Translations under genes and position numbers: made by a program
Part shown: one piece after another, positions 10,715 through 18,572 of the stretch
Layout of the letters: every line of letters starts with the position of its first letter
Numbering within the stretch: position 1 is the first letter of the stretch
Assembly: GCA_028713125.1 (NCBI GenBank)
Contig: JAQTOU010000003.1
Coordinates: 392,703 to 456,702 of the forward strand
Origin: Elusimicrobiales bacterium
GTDB taxonomy: Bacteria > Elusimicrobiota > Elusimicrobia > Elusimicrobiales > UBA9959
Length of the DNA: 64,000 nt
Direction of reading: 5' to 3'
The notes under the pieces: model-generated
What the model was told of the DNA's origin: nothing
Database searches by the model: none
What the model saw: only the letters and a program-made list of their open reading frames with translations

Positions 10715-12664
10715 GCCCCGGAGTTTCTTAAGTAAAGCCTGCGGTTCCGGGTTAGCCGGGTCCAGCCTGGCGGCCTCGGCCAGGCAGAGTTCCGCCGGTT
10801 CGCCCATCCCGAGCGCCAGGTAGATCCTGGCTAGCCGGAGCAGCGCCGGCGGCCTGTCCGGCTTGAGCCCGAGGGAGGCCAGGCAGGCGCCCGAGGCTTC
10901 TTTCAGCCTGCCGGAGGCGGCGTAGGCGCCGCAAAGCAGGTCCAGTGTGTCGACGCTGTTTTCCCGCTTCAGGGCCCTCTCAAAAGCCGCCGCGGCTTTC
11001 GCGGGGTCTCCAAGTTCAAGATAAAGCCTGCCCAGGTTCACCAGCGGCGTGTCGCCGGTGATCTCGGCTTCCGCGGCTTTTTCAAAAGCCGCCGCGGCTT
11101 CTTTCCTCTTCCCGAGCCCGGCCAGCGCCGCGCCGTAGATATTCCAGGCGTCGTAATTGAATTCCCAGGCCCCGAGGGCTTTAAGCGCCGCCTGTTCCGC
11201 TTCTTTCGTCTCGCCCTTCAGCAGCCGCGCGGCAGCCAGCGCTCCGAGGGCGTTGGAGAGAACTCCGCGCGGCGGGTTCAGCGAAAGCGCAAGGTCCAGG
11301 CGGGGCAGGGCCTCGTCGGGCAGGCCCTGCTGCAGGTAGTAGGAGCCCAGCATATAATTGGCCCAGGGGCTGGCGGGGTTGATCTTTACGGCGCGGAGCC
11401 AGACCCGCTCGTCGCTGCGCCAGATAAGCTGCTGCTGCGCGGAAAGCGCCAGGCAGAGCGCGAGGAGCGCCGCGCCGGACGCTTTCAGGAAGACAGGCCC
11501 GCCGGTCCGCGAGCGCAGCAGCTCTTCGGCTTTGTCGGCGAAAGCCGCGAAGACCACGGCCGCCCCGGCCAGCGGGAGGTAAAGATACCGGTTGGAGACG
11601 AAGACGGAGTTCAGGTATTCCGCGAGGTCGTTTACCGGCAGCAGGTTAAGGTAAGGAAGGAGGAGCAGAAGGAAAGCTGAAGCGCCTAAAGCGGCCGGGT
11701 TGTAGCCGCGCCTGCCGCGCCCGGAGTATTTTAAGGCGAGAAAAATAATTCCTCCGGCAAGCAGAAGCGCCGCCAGCCCGGCAGGACCGGGGAGCGCGGA
11801 AGTTTTCTGGTAAACCGGCGAGAGCCAAAAAGGCAGCAGAAGTATCTTGGCATAAGCCGCCAGCTTGGCTAAAAGAAAGGCGGGGTCCAGGTCCTTGAAG
11901 CCCAGGCCGGAGCCCCTGCCGGCGCTCAGGCGTGAGAACAGGGCCGCCGTCCAGAAAAAAGCCAGGGAGAGCAGTTCGGGCAGCCTCCTGCGCAGCTCTT
12001 TGAGCCCGCCGCCCGGCGACGCGGGCGTTAGCGGGCTTTCCCCATTCGGTAAGCTCCGAAGGAAAGGCAGCAGGCAGAAAAGGAGCAGGCCTGAAAAAGC
12101 CCGCTCCTTGAAGAGGAGGGAAACGCCGAACAGCAGGCCGGTCAGCAGCTTCCCCGGGGCGCCGTCCCTGCCGTCCCGCTCCATGAAGCGGTAAAGAGCG
12201 GCCAGGAAGAACAATGCGGAAAAAACGGTGCCTGAAAACAGCGCGGCGACCAGGGTCTCGGCTTGCGCCGGGTGGAGGGCGAAAATCAAGCCGGCCAGGA
12301 GCGCCGGCTTTTCTTTTTCCAGCAAAAGCTGCGCCAGTTTGTAAACCGTCCAGGCGCAGGCGGCGTGGGCCAGCAGCGAGAGCGCGTGGAAGCCCCAGGC
12401 CTGCCAGGCGACCAGTTTGCCCGCAAGCATCAGGTACAGGAATGTAAAAGGCTCGAAACCTTCGTTCCTGAAGACATGGGTATAGGCCGGGTGAAAAAGA
12501 TAGGCCGCGTTCGACAGGTCCCTGAGCAGCGGATTGTTACGCACCGACATCACGTCGTCGAAAACAAAAGGCAGGAAAAGAAGAGGGATATAGGCCGCGG
12601 CGGAAAAAACCAGGAGGAGGACACCCGGCTTGATCCGGCTAAAAAAGGGGGGCTGTTTTTCCAC
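10706..12664 (-). CDS. Polytopic GT-C-like (TMTC/PMT-type) membrane protein with C-terminal TPR repeats
   Basis: 652 aa. The N-terminal half has about 10 TM helices and the FVFDDVMSVRNNPLL motif typical of TMTC/DUF1736-type glycosyltransferases. The C-terminal ~250 aa are TPR repeats. GTG start. Confidence 0.65.
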   Translation of the reverse strand: MEKQPPFFSRIKPGVLLLVFSAAAYIPLLFLPFVFDDVMSVRNNPLLRDLSNAAYLFHPAYTHVFRNEGFEPFTFLYLMLAGKLVAWQAWGFHALSLLAHAACAWTVYKLAQLLLEKEKPALLAGLIFALHPAQAETLVAALFSGTVFSALFFLAALYRFMERDGRDGAPGKLLTGLLFGVSLLFKERAFSGLLLFCLLPFLRSLPNGESPLTPASPGGGLKELRRRLPELLSLAFFWTAALFSRLSAGRGSGLGFKDLDPAFLLAKLAAYAKILLLPFWLSPVYQKTSALPGPAGLAALLLAGGIIFLALKYSGRGRRGYNPAALGASAFLLLLLPYLNLLPVNDLAEYLNSVFVSNRYLYLPLAGAAVVFAAFADKAEELLRSRTGGPVFLKASGAALLALCLALSAQQQLIWRSDERVWLRAVKINPASPWANYMLGSYYLQQGLPDEALPRLDLALSLNPPRGVLSNALGALAAARLLKGETKEAEQAALKALGAWEFNYDAWNIYGAALAGLGKRKEAAAAFEKAAEAEITGDTPLVNLGRLYLELGDPAKAAAAFERALKRENSVDTLDLLCGAYAASGRLKEASGACLASLGLKPDRPPALLRLARIYLALGMGEPAELCLAEAARLDPANPEPQALLKKLRGKK

Positions 12665-12670
12665 GGCTTT

Positions 12671-12676
12671 ATTTTA
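12671..12676 (-). promoter_or_regulatory. -10 box TAAAAT placed 6 nt upstream of the GTG start (leaderless-type layout)
   Basis: The minus strand reads GATAAAATAAAGCC-GTG. No SD is present. Confidence 0.3.
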
Positions 12677-12840
12677 TCATTATGGGCGGGGGCCCAAGCG
12701 GGGTAGGCCCGATGCCCCGCCGCGCCTAGGCCCTGTGGCTCTTACGGGCAACTGTAACTTAGGATACACTATTCATGGGTGAGGAACCTGTAAGGAACGG
12801 GTTTCAGGGGGCGTTTTCCAAGTTCTAGAAAAGGCGGAAC

Positions 12841-13191
12841 ATGCCCGTAAACATCCTGGTTGCCGACGACGATAAAGCCATACTGCGCCTTTATTCCCGC
12901 ATCTTCTCCGGGGAAGGCTACGCCCTTACCAAGGCTGAAACTTTCGCTGAGGCCTCCCGCCTGCTGCTCGCTAACGACTACGACCTGCTGATAACGGATC
13001 TGATGTTCCCGGACGGGGTCGGCACGGAGCTTATAAAGATATTCAACGGATCAAAGGCCGATGCCAGGAGCCTCCTGGTGACGGGCACGCCCCAGGCCAA
13101 GGAGATGCTGGATCACGGCGGAGTGGATTACGTGGCGAAGCCGTTCAAGGTCGAGCATTTTCTCGAGCGGGTCAATAAAATCCTCTCCTAG
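12841..13191 (+). CDS. Stand-alone response regulator receiver (CheY-like)
   Basis: 116 aa. ILVADDD, phospho-acceptor context LLITDLMFPDG, LVTGT and KPF motifs. No output domain. Confidence 0.85.
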   Translation: MPVNILVADDDKAILRLYSRIFSGEGYALTKAETFAEASRLLLANDYDLLITDLMFPDGVGTELIKIFNGSKADARSLLVTGTPQAKEMLDHGGVDYVAKPFKVEHFLERVNKILS

Positions 13192-13211
13192 GCGTATTCA
13201 TAGCAAGTGCG

Positions 13212-13241
13212 GACCGGCCGCAGGACGCGGCCGGCTCTTTT
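13212..13241. terminator. Hairpin between convergent genes
   Basis: Stem CCGGCCGC (13214-13221) / GCGGCCGG (13227-13234), then CTCTTTTG. Confidence 0.5.
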
Positions 13242-13245
13242 GCGC

Positions 13246-14028
13246 TTAATTCGCCCTGGCGAGCGCGAGGCGCAGCGTTTCTTTTTCCAGGTCGGCCAGC
13301 GAATCGTAGTTGAGGAGCGTGAGCGGCTTCCCTTCGAGTATGGCCCGCAGTCCGGCGTTCTTAAAGGCCGCGGGGGCGAAGGCCGCAAGCTCGGCGCAGA
13401 ACAGGCGGAAATTAAGCTGGCTGGCGTAAGTTTTCTTTTCCTTCAGGCAGGAAAAATCGAAATTCTCCGAAGTGAGGCGCAGCCGTCTTGGGCCGGGGTT
13501 CACCAAAATGTCCAGGTAAAAAGACAGCTCGGAGCCTTTTATCTCTTTCTTTACTTCTTTGTTTTTCCCCAGGCCTATGGGGATCCCGGTCACGGCCATG
13601 ATGCCGAACCTGACGGCCTTTTCCTTGTCCGAAGGGCCTTCCTTGATTTTCACTATCTGCAGGGTTTCTTCCTTTATGGGGGCGGCGGCTATCACCGTTA
13701 TATCGCCGGGCGCCGCTGTTAAGGCCAGCCAGGCGCCGCCTGTGAAAGAGACCGAGCCGTTCTCGAAAACGGCTTTTTTTATTGTTTCCGCCCCGGGCAG
13801 CGGCGGCTGCGGATGGGGGAGCGTTTTGGTCCCGATCCCGAAGCCGGCGCACCACTTTGACAGTTCCCCGGCGGCGGCTTCGTCCAGGTTCTCCCCAAGG
13901 ACGCCCCAGCTGTGCCTGGCGGCGAAAGCCGCGGAGGCCGGGTCCAGCTTGAAAGCGGCGCCGAAGACCTGCGCCAGTGCCGCGAATCCCGGGGCTTTTT
14001 CGCCGGAGGTTATCACCATGAAAGACAT
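13246..14028 (-). CDS. Hypothetical protein
   Basis: 260-aa ORF with normal amino-acid composition. No signal peptide and no recognised motif. Confidence 0.5.
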   Translation of the reverse strand: MSFMVITSGEKAPGFAALAQVFGAAFKLDPASAAFAARHSWGVLGENLDEAAAGELSKWCAGFGIGTKTLPHPQPPLPGAETIKKAVFENGSVSFTGGAWLALTAAPGDITVIAAAPIKEETLQIVKIKEGPSDKEKAVRFGIMAVTGIPIGLGKNKEVKKEIKGSELSFYLDILVNPGPRRLRLTSENFDFSCLKEKKTYASQLNFRLFCAELAAFAPAAFKNAGLRAILEGKPLTLLNYDSLADLEKETLRLALARAN

Positions 14029-14034
14029 GCGGTA

Positions 14035-14040
14035 ATTCTA
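14035..14040 (-). promoter_or_regulatory. -10 box TAGAAT placed 6 nt upstream of the ATG (leaderless-type layout)
   Basis: The minus strand reads GTTAGAATTACCGC-ATG. No SD is present. Confidence 0.3.
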
Positions 14041-14109
14041 ACAAATCGGCCGCATCCAAAATGTATAATTACCGGAAGACGGCAAATATCGGGGGGGGCC
14101 GGAATTTTT

Positions 14110-15441
14110 ATGAAAACAAATACCCTGTTCGCGCTTATAATGCTCTGTTCCGGCGGCGTTTTCGCCGCAAAGCCGGCAAAGGCGCCGGCGCTTAGCTACG
14201 AGGTCAAGGCGGTGCTGGTGGCGCCTTATTCGGGCGTGATAACTCCGGCCGCCGCCGAATTCATTTCCCAGGCCGTGGACAAGGTCAACGGGCCCGGCGG
14301 GGCGGACCTGCTGGTGATAGCGCTGGATACGCCCGGCGGCCTGGATTCTTCGATGCGGGTGATCATCCAGAAGATGCTGGCCTCAAAAAAACCAGTCGCC
14401 GTCTACGTTTCGCCGCAGGGGGCGCGCGCTGCCTCGGCCGGGGTTTTTATTTCAATGGCCTCACCTCTGGTGGCGATGGCGCCCGGAACCAATATCGGCG
14501 CGGCGCACCCGGTGATGATGGGCGCGCTGCCGCAACTGGGGGATAAAGCCGACAAGAAAAAGGAGCCGATGGAGGAAAAGGTCCTTAACGACGCTTCCGC
14601 CTATATAAAATCCATTACCCAGAAGACGGGGCGCAACGTGGAGTGGGCGATGAAGGCGGTGGCCAAGAGCGACTCCGTTTCGGCGGAGGAGGCGGTCAAG
14701 CTCGGCGTGGCGGACCTTGTGGCGGCGGACCTGAACGAGTTCCTGGCCAAAGCCGACGGGCGCAAAGCGGGGGATTTCGGCACGCTGAAATGCGCGAAGC
14801 CGGCGGTGGAATATTTCAGGCAGACTCGCAGGCAGAAGTTCCTGGCGACGATAACGGACCCGAACATTGCGATGATCCTGATGAGCCTGGGCGCGGCCGG
14901 GCTTTTTATCGAGCTTTATAATCCGGGGCTGATCCTGCCCGGCGTGGTGGGGGCGGTTTCGCTGGTCCTGGCTTTCTATTCTTTCCAGACGCTGTCGGCG
15001 AATTTCGCGGGAGTGGCGCTGATCATGCTTGGGTTCGTTTTCTTCATCGCGGAGATCAAGGTTATAAGCTACGGCCTGCTTACGCTGGCCGGCGCGCTTT
15101 CTATTCTGCTGGGGGGGCTGATGCTGTTCAACCAGCCTTCTATCGGAGGGCTTTCTATTTCCATGAATATGCTTCTTTCTACCGTGATAGGGCTTATCGC
15201 CGTCGTGGCCGTGGTGGCCATGATAGCGCTGCGCGCGCAGCTTCGGAAGGTCGTGACGGGCATCGAGAGCCTGACCGGCAAGCAGGGCCTGGCCAAGTCG
15301 CCCCTTACGCCGAAGGGCAAAGTGCTGGTCGCCGGCGAACTGTGGGACGCCGAAAGCGTCTCCGGCGACATCCCCGAAGGCGCCGCCGTAGACGTCACCT
15401 CCGTCCACGGCTTCCAGATCCGCGTCCGGCAATCAAAGTAA
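14110..15441 (+). CDS. NfeD-family membrane-bound serine protease (ClpP-class domain + TM region + C-terminal OB fold)
   Basis: I chose the internal ATG at 14110 (MKTNTLFALIMLCSGGVFA signal), because the ORF-track start at 13912 overlaps the divergent gene. LDTPGGLDSSMRVI and AASAGVFISMA motifs, four TM helices, and a C-terminal GKVLVAGELWDAES OB domain. Confidence 0.85.
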   Translation: MKTNTLFALIMLCSGGVFAAKPAKAPALSYEVKAVLVAPYSGVITPAAAEFISQAVDKVNGPGGADLLVIALDTPGGLDSSMRVIIQKMLASKKPVAVYVSPQGARAASAGVFISMASPLVAMAPGTNIGAAHPVMMGALPQLGDKADKKKEPMEEKVLNDASAYIKSITQKTGRNVEWAMKAVAKSDSVSAEEAVKLGVADLVAADLNEFLAKADGRKAGDFGTLKCAKPAVEYFRQTRRQKFLATITDPNIAMILMSLGAAGLFIELYNPGLILPGVVGAVSLVLAFYSFQTLSANFAGVALIMLGFVFFIAEIKVISYGLLTLAGALSILLGGLMLFNQPSIGGLSISMNMLLSTVIGLIAVVAVVAMIALRAQLRKVVTGIESLTGKQGLAKSPLTPKGKVLVAGELWDAESVSGDIPEGAAVDVTSVHGFQIRVRQSK

Positions 15442-15452
15442 AAAAAGAAAAG

Positions 15453-15477
15453 ACCGCGAGAAGCGAAGTCGGGGCCT
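15453..15477 (+). repeat. 25-nt motif shared with 27340-27365
   Basis: ACCGCGAGAAGCGAAGTCGGGGCCT here versus ACCGCGAGATGCGAAGTCGGGGGCCT at 27340-27365 (1 substitution, 1 extra G). In both loci it directly abuts a palindromic element. Confidence 0.7.
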
Positions 15478-15596
15478 ACCACAGGGGCAGGAACGAAAAA
15501 CACGTTCGGCCACACCGTGGCCTCACTCGGTATTCGCCCGCCGGGCTATGCAACCGGCGGGCTCAACGACGGTTTTTCTTATCCTGCCCCTGTGGT
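15478..15596. repeat. 119-nt hairpin element (E119): long stem plus two internal hairpins
   Basis: Perfect 15-bp closing stem ACCACAGGGGCAGGA (15478-15492) / TCCTGCCCCTGTGGT (15582-15596), with GAAAAAC/GTTTTTC below it. Internal hairpins are GGCCAC-ACC-GTGGCC (15508-15522) and GCCCGCCGG-N9-CCGGCGGGC (15536-15562). Single copy in the window. Confidence 0.6.
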
Positions 15597-15640
15597 CTCC
15601 CCTCCAGTATTTCCTGGCAAAGTCGTAGAGCCGTAGAGGT

Positions 15641-15762
15641 GGCAAGGGTATGGGTTCGGAGCGACCTCTCGGAGGCCGACGCTTGCGTAAGCGCGGAGGC
15701 CGAGAGGGGAGGCGCGCGCACGGTGTGCGCGACGCCGTGAGCGACGGGCCCATACCCTTGCC
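15641..15762 (-). repeat. 122-nt palindromic intergenic element, copy A (inverted relative to copies B and C)
   Basis: Terminal inverted repeats GGCAAGGGTATGGG / CCCATACCCTTGCC. It is the reverse complement of copy C with 9 substitutions and no indels (113/122). Confidence 0.9.
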
Positions 15763-15905
15763 ACCCTTAGCGACTACGGTTTTGCGTTCCGGACTGCACG
15801 GTAGGCCGCCCAAGCGATTTTTAGCTCCAATCGCAATATAAACACACTCCCCTCCCAAAAAAATGCGCCTTTAGCCCCGGCTATTTATATTTATATTAGG
15901 GGAAT

Positions 15906-15934
15906 TTGAATTGCGGCGGGGATTGTGTCATAAT
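15906..15934 (+). promoter_or_regulatory. Putative sigma70-type promoter of clpC
   Basis: TTGAAT (15906-15911), 17-nt spacer, CATAAT (15929-15934). An ~80-nt leader follows, with SD GGAGGA at 16003-16008. Confidence 0.5.
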
Positions 15935-16016
15935 ATAGGTTCGGCAGGGTCCCGGTTGCCGGGATGTTTTATTGGTATTTAACGGATTTTTCAGCTTTTT
16001 TTACGGAGGAACTACT

Positions 16017-18485
16017 ATGGGAACCAGATTTACCGACAGGGCTCAGCGCGTGATACTTATCGCGCAGGAAGAAGCCAAGCGTTTGAACCACGATTATGTA
16101 GGAACCGAACACATACTGCTCGGCCTCATCGCGCTTTCCGAGGGCGTCGCCAGCCAGGTCTTCCAGAACCTGGGCATCGACCTGCGCAAAGTGCGCGCCG
16201 AGATCGAAAAGATCGTCGGCACCGGCGACAATATGATGCTCCTGGGCGAAATACCCTTCACCCCGCGCGCCAAGAAAGTGCTCGAATACGCCGTCGAGGA
16301 AGCCCAGCATATGAGCCACTCCTACATCGGCACCGAGCATATCCTGCTCGGCCTCATCCGCGAAGAGGAAGGCGTAGCCGCCCGCGTGCTCGAGAACCTC
16401 GGCCTGAAGCTCGAGACAGTGCGCGAGGAAGTCCTCAGCATCCTCGGCGAGATGGAGCAGAAAGATTCCCCCAAGGAAGCCCCGGCTTCCAAAAGCCATG
16501 CCACGCACACCGCCGCCAAAGGCAAGACCAAGACCCCCATCCTGGACGAATTCGCCCGCGACCTCACCCAGATGGCCAAAGACGGCAAGCTTGATCCAGT
16601 GATAGGCCGCTCCGATGAGATAGACCGCGTGATCCAGGTGCTCGGCCGCCGCACCAAGAACAATCCCGTGCTCGTGGGAGAGCCCGGCGTAGGCAAGACG
16701 GCCATAGTGGAAGGCCTGGCCCAGAAACTGTTCTCCGGAGATATCTCGGACACCCTGATGGGCAAGCGCCTTCTCAGCCTCGACCTCGCCTCCATCGTGG
16801 CCGGAACCAAGTACCGCGGCGAGTTCGAGCAGCGCCTCAAGGGCATCATCGAAGAGATCCGCAAGGCCAAGAACAATATCATCATGTTCATCGACGAGCT
16901 GCACACCGTCATCGGCGCCGGCGCCGCCGAGGGCGCGATAGACGCCTCCAATATGCTCAAGCCCGCGCTCGCGCGCGGCGAGCTGCAGTGCATCGGCGCC
17001 ACCACCTTCGACGAGTACCGCAAGCATATAGAGCACGATCCCGCACTGGAGCGCCGCTTCCAGATGGTGATAGTAGAGCCGCCCAGCGTGCCCGAGACCA
17101 TCGAGATCCTGAAGGGCCTGCAGGAGAAGTACGAGTCGCACCATAAGTGCAAATACACCGACGCGTCCATCTTCGCGGCGGCCCAGCTGTCGGATAAATA
17201 CATCACCGACCGCGCCCTGCCGGATAAAGCGATAGACCTGCTCGACGAGGCCGGCTCCCGCGCCCGCCTGACGCTGTCCGTCGCGCCCCCCGAATTCAAG
17301 GAAAAAGAGACGGAGATAGAAGAGGCCTCCAAGGAAAAGAACGCCGCCATCTACGGCCAGGAGTACGAGAAGGCCGCCAAGCTGCGCGACCGCGAGAAGG
17401 AGCTCAAGAAAGCCCTCGAGGACGCCCGCAAGAAATGGCGCGAAGGCCGCGACAAAGTTTTCCCGGAAGTGACTGAAGAAGATATAGCCGGCATAGCGTC
17501 CAAGTGGACCGGCATCCCAGTCACCCGCATGACCGAGACCGAGACCCAGAAGCTGCAGCATATGGAAGGCGAGATACACAAGCGCCTGATCGGCCAGGAC
17601 GAGGCCGTCACCATCGTTTCCCAGGCCATCAAGCGCAGCCGCACCGGCATGAAGGACCCCAAGCGGCCCATCGGTAATTTCATCTTCCTCGGCCCCACCG
17701 GCGTCGGCAAGACCGAGCTCGCCCGCGTGCTGGCGGATTTCCTGTTCGGCAACGAGGAAGCCATGGTCCGCATCGATATGTCCGAGTACATGGAGAAATT
17801 CTCCGTGTCGCGCCTGATAGGCGCGCCTCCCGGCTATGTCGGCTACGAGGAAGGCGGAAAGCTCACCGAGATCGTGCGCCGCAAGCCCTACTGCGTGGTG
17901 GTGCTGGACGAAATAGAAAAAGCCCACCCCGACGTGTTCAATATCCTCCTCCAGATCATGGACGAGGGCACGCTCACCGACAGCCTGGGCCACAAGGTCA
18001 GCTTCAAGAACACCATCCTGATCATGACCTCCAACGTCGGCGCGCGCCTTATCTCCAAGGGGAAGACGCTCGGCTTCATGCCCGCGGATGACAAGGAAAA
18101 AGATTACAAAGAGATGAAAGACACCGTGATGGACGAGGTGAAGCGCGTCTTCAACCCGGAATTCATCAACCGCATCGACGAGGTCATCGTGTTCCGCCCG
18201 CTCACCGAGGTGGACACCGAGAAGATCCTGGAGCTCAGCCTGACCAAGGTGACGAAGAAGCTCGGAGACAAGGGCATCAAGTTCAACATCACCCAGGCGG
18301 CCAAGACCTTCCTCGTCAAGAAAGGCTTCGATCCCAACTACGGCGCCCGCCCCCTGCTCCGCACCGTGCAGAAATACCTCGAGGACCCGATGTCCGAGTT
18401 CCTCCTGAACAGCACCATGAAGGGCGGCGACGTCCTTAAAGTGGACTATAAAGGCGAAGGCGACGCCCTGGACCTGAAGATCTAG
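16017..18485 (+). CDS. clpC: ATP-dependent Clp protease ATP-binding subunit ClpC (class I AAA+ with Clp_N repeats and UVR linker)
   Basis: Start at the ATG preceded by GGAGGA. MGTRFTDRAQRVILIAQEEAKRLNHDYVGTEHILLGLI matches the Clp_N repeat. Two Walker A motifs (GEPGVGKT, GPTGVGKT). UVR-like segment QEYEKAAKLRDREKEL. Confidence 0.95.
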   Translation: MGTRFTDRAQRVILIAQEEAKRLNHDYVGTEHILLGLIALSEGVASQVFQNLGIDLRKVRAEIEKIVGTGDNMMLLGEIPFTPRAKKVLEYAVEEAQHMSHSYIGTEHILLGLIREEEGVAARVLENLGLKLETVREEVLSILGEMEQKDSPKEAPASKSHATHTAAKGKTKTPILDEFARDLTQMAKDGKLDPVIGRSDEIDRVIQVLGRRTKNNPVLVGEPGVGKTAIVEGLAQKLFSGDISDTLMGKRLLSLDLASIVAGTKYRGEFEQRLKGIIEEIRKAKNNIIMFIDELHTVIGAGAAEGAIDASNMLKPALARGELQCIGATTFDEYRKHIEHDPALERRFQMVIVEPPSVPETIEILKGLQEKYESHHKCKYTDASIFAAAQLSDKYITDRALPDKAIDLLDEAGSRARLTLSVAPPEFKEKETEIEEASKEKNAAIYGQEYEKAAKLRDREKELKKALEDARKKWREGRDKVFPEVTEEDIAGIASKWTGIPVTRMTETETQKLQHMEGEIHKRLIGQDEAVTIVSQAIKRSRTGMKDPKRPIGNFIFLGPTGVGKTELARVLADFLFGNEEAMVRIDMSEYMEKFSVSRLIGAPPGYVGYEEGGKLTEIVRRKPYCVVVLDEIEKAHPDVFNILLQIMDEGTLTDSLGHKVSFKNTILIMTSNVGARLISKGKTLGFMPADDKEKDYKEMKDTVMDEVKRVFNPEFINRIDEVIVFRPLTEVDTEKILELSLTKVTKKLGDKGIKFNITQAAKTFLVKKGFDPNYGARPLLRTVQKYLEDPMSEFLLNSTMKGGDVLKVDYKGEGDALDLKI

Positions 18486-18572
18486 CCCGAGCCCGGAGAC
18501 CTGTGCCCGCTGTTTCAGCGGGCGCTTGCCTGTCCGGCGGGCGGTTTTTTCGGGCCAGCCCCGGAGTTCAAC

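Noticed and set aside
13912-14109. N-terminal extensions given by the ORF track for nfeD (13912), the A2M gene (29941), the ECF sigma gene (52107), clpC (15972), the 36643 ORF, the 39691-40626 ORF and the 60202-61218 ORF.
   Set aside because: In each case an internal ATG is preceded by a good SD and/or immediately begins a signal peptide or the conserved N-terminus. The extension either overlaps a neighbouring gene or promoter or encodes Arg/Gly-rich junk. The shorter coordinates were used.
15478-15596. Whether the 119-nt hairpin is a known housekeeping RNA (SRP/4.5S, 6S, or a tmRNA or RNase P fragment).
   Set aside because: It lacks the SRP domain IV motifs (GGAA-type tetraloop with the flanking AGCA/GGAAGCAGCC-like loops). 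It has no 6S-type central bubble in a ~180-nt hairpin, and no tRNA-like end. It also shares a hairpin with the 122-nt repeat family, so a repeat element is the more economical reading. Infernal was not run.
15523-15858. Short ORFs spanning the repeats that share peptides such as (E/G)PIPLPP: 15650-15841, 15523-15858, 24535-24777, 27304-27576 and 27348-27656.
   Set aside because: The shared peptide is only the translation of the terminal inverted repeat. The ORFs lie on different strands and frames at the three loci and have different lengths and ends. The conservation is at the nucleotide and structure level, not the protein level.
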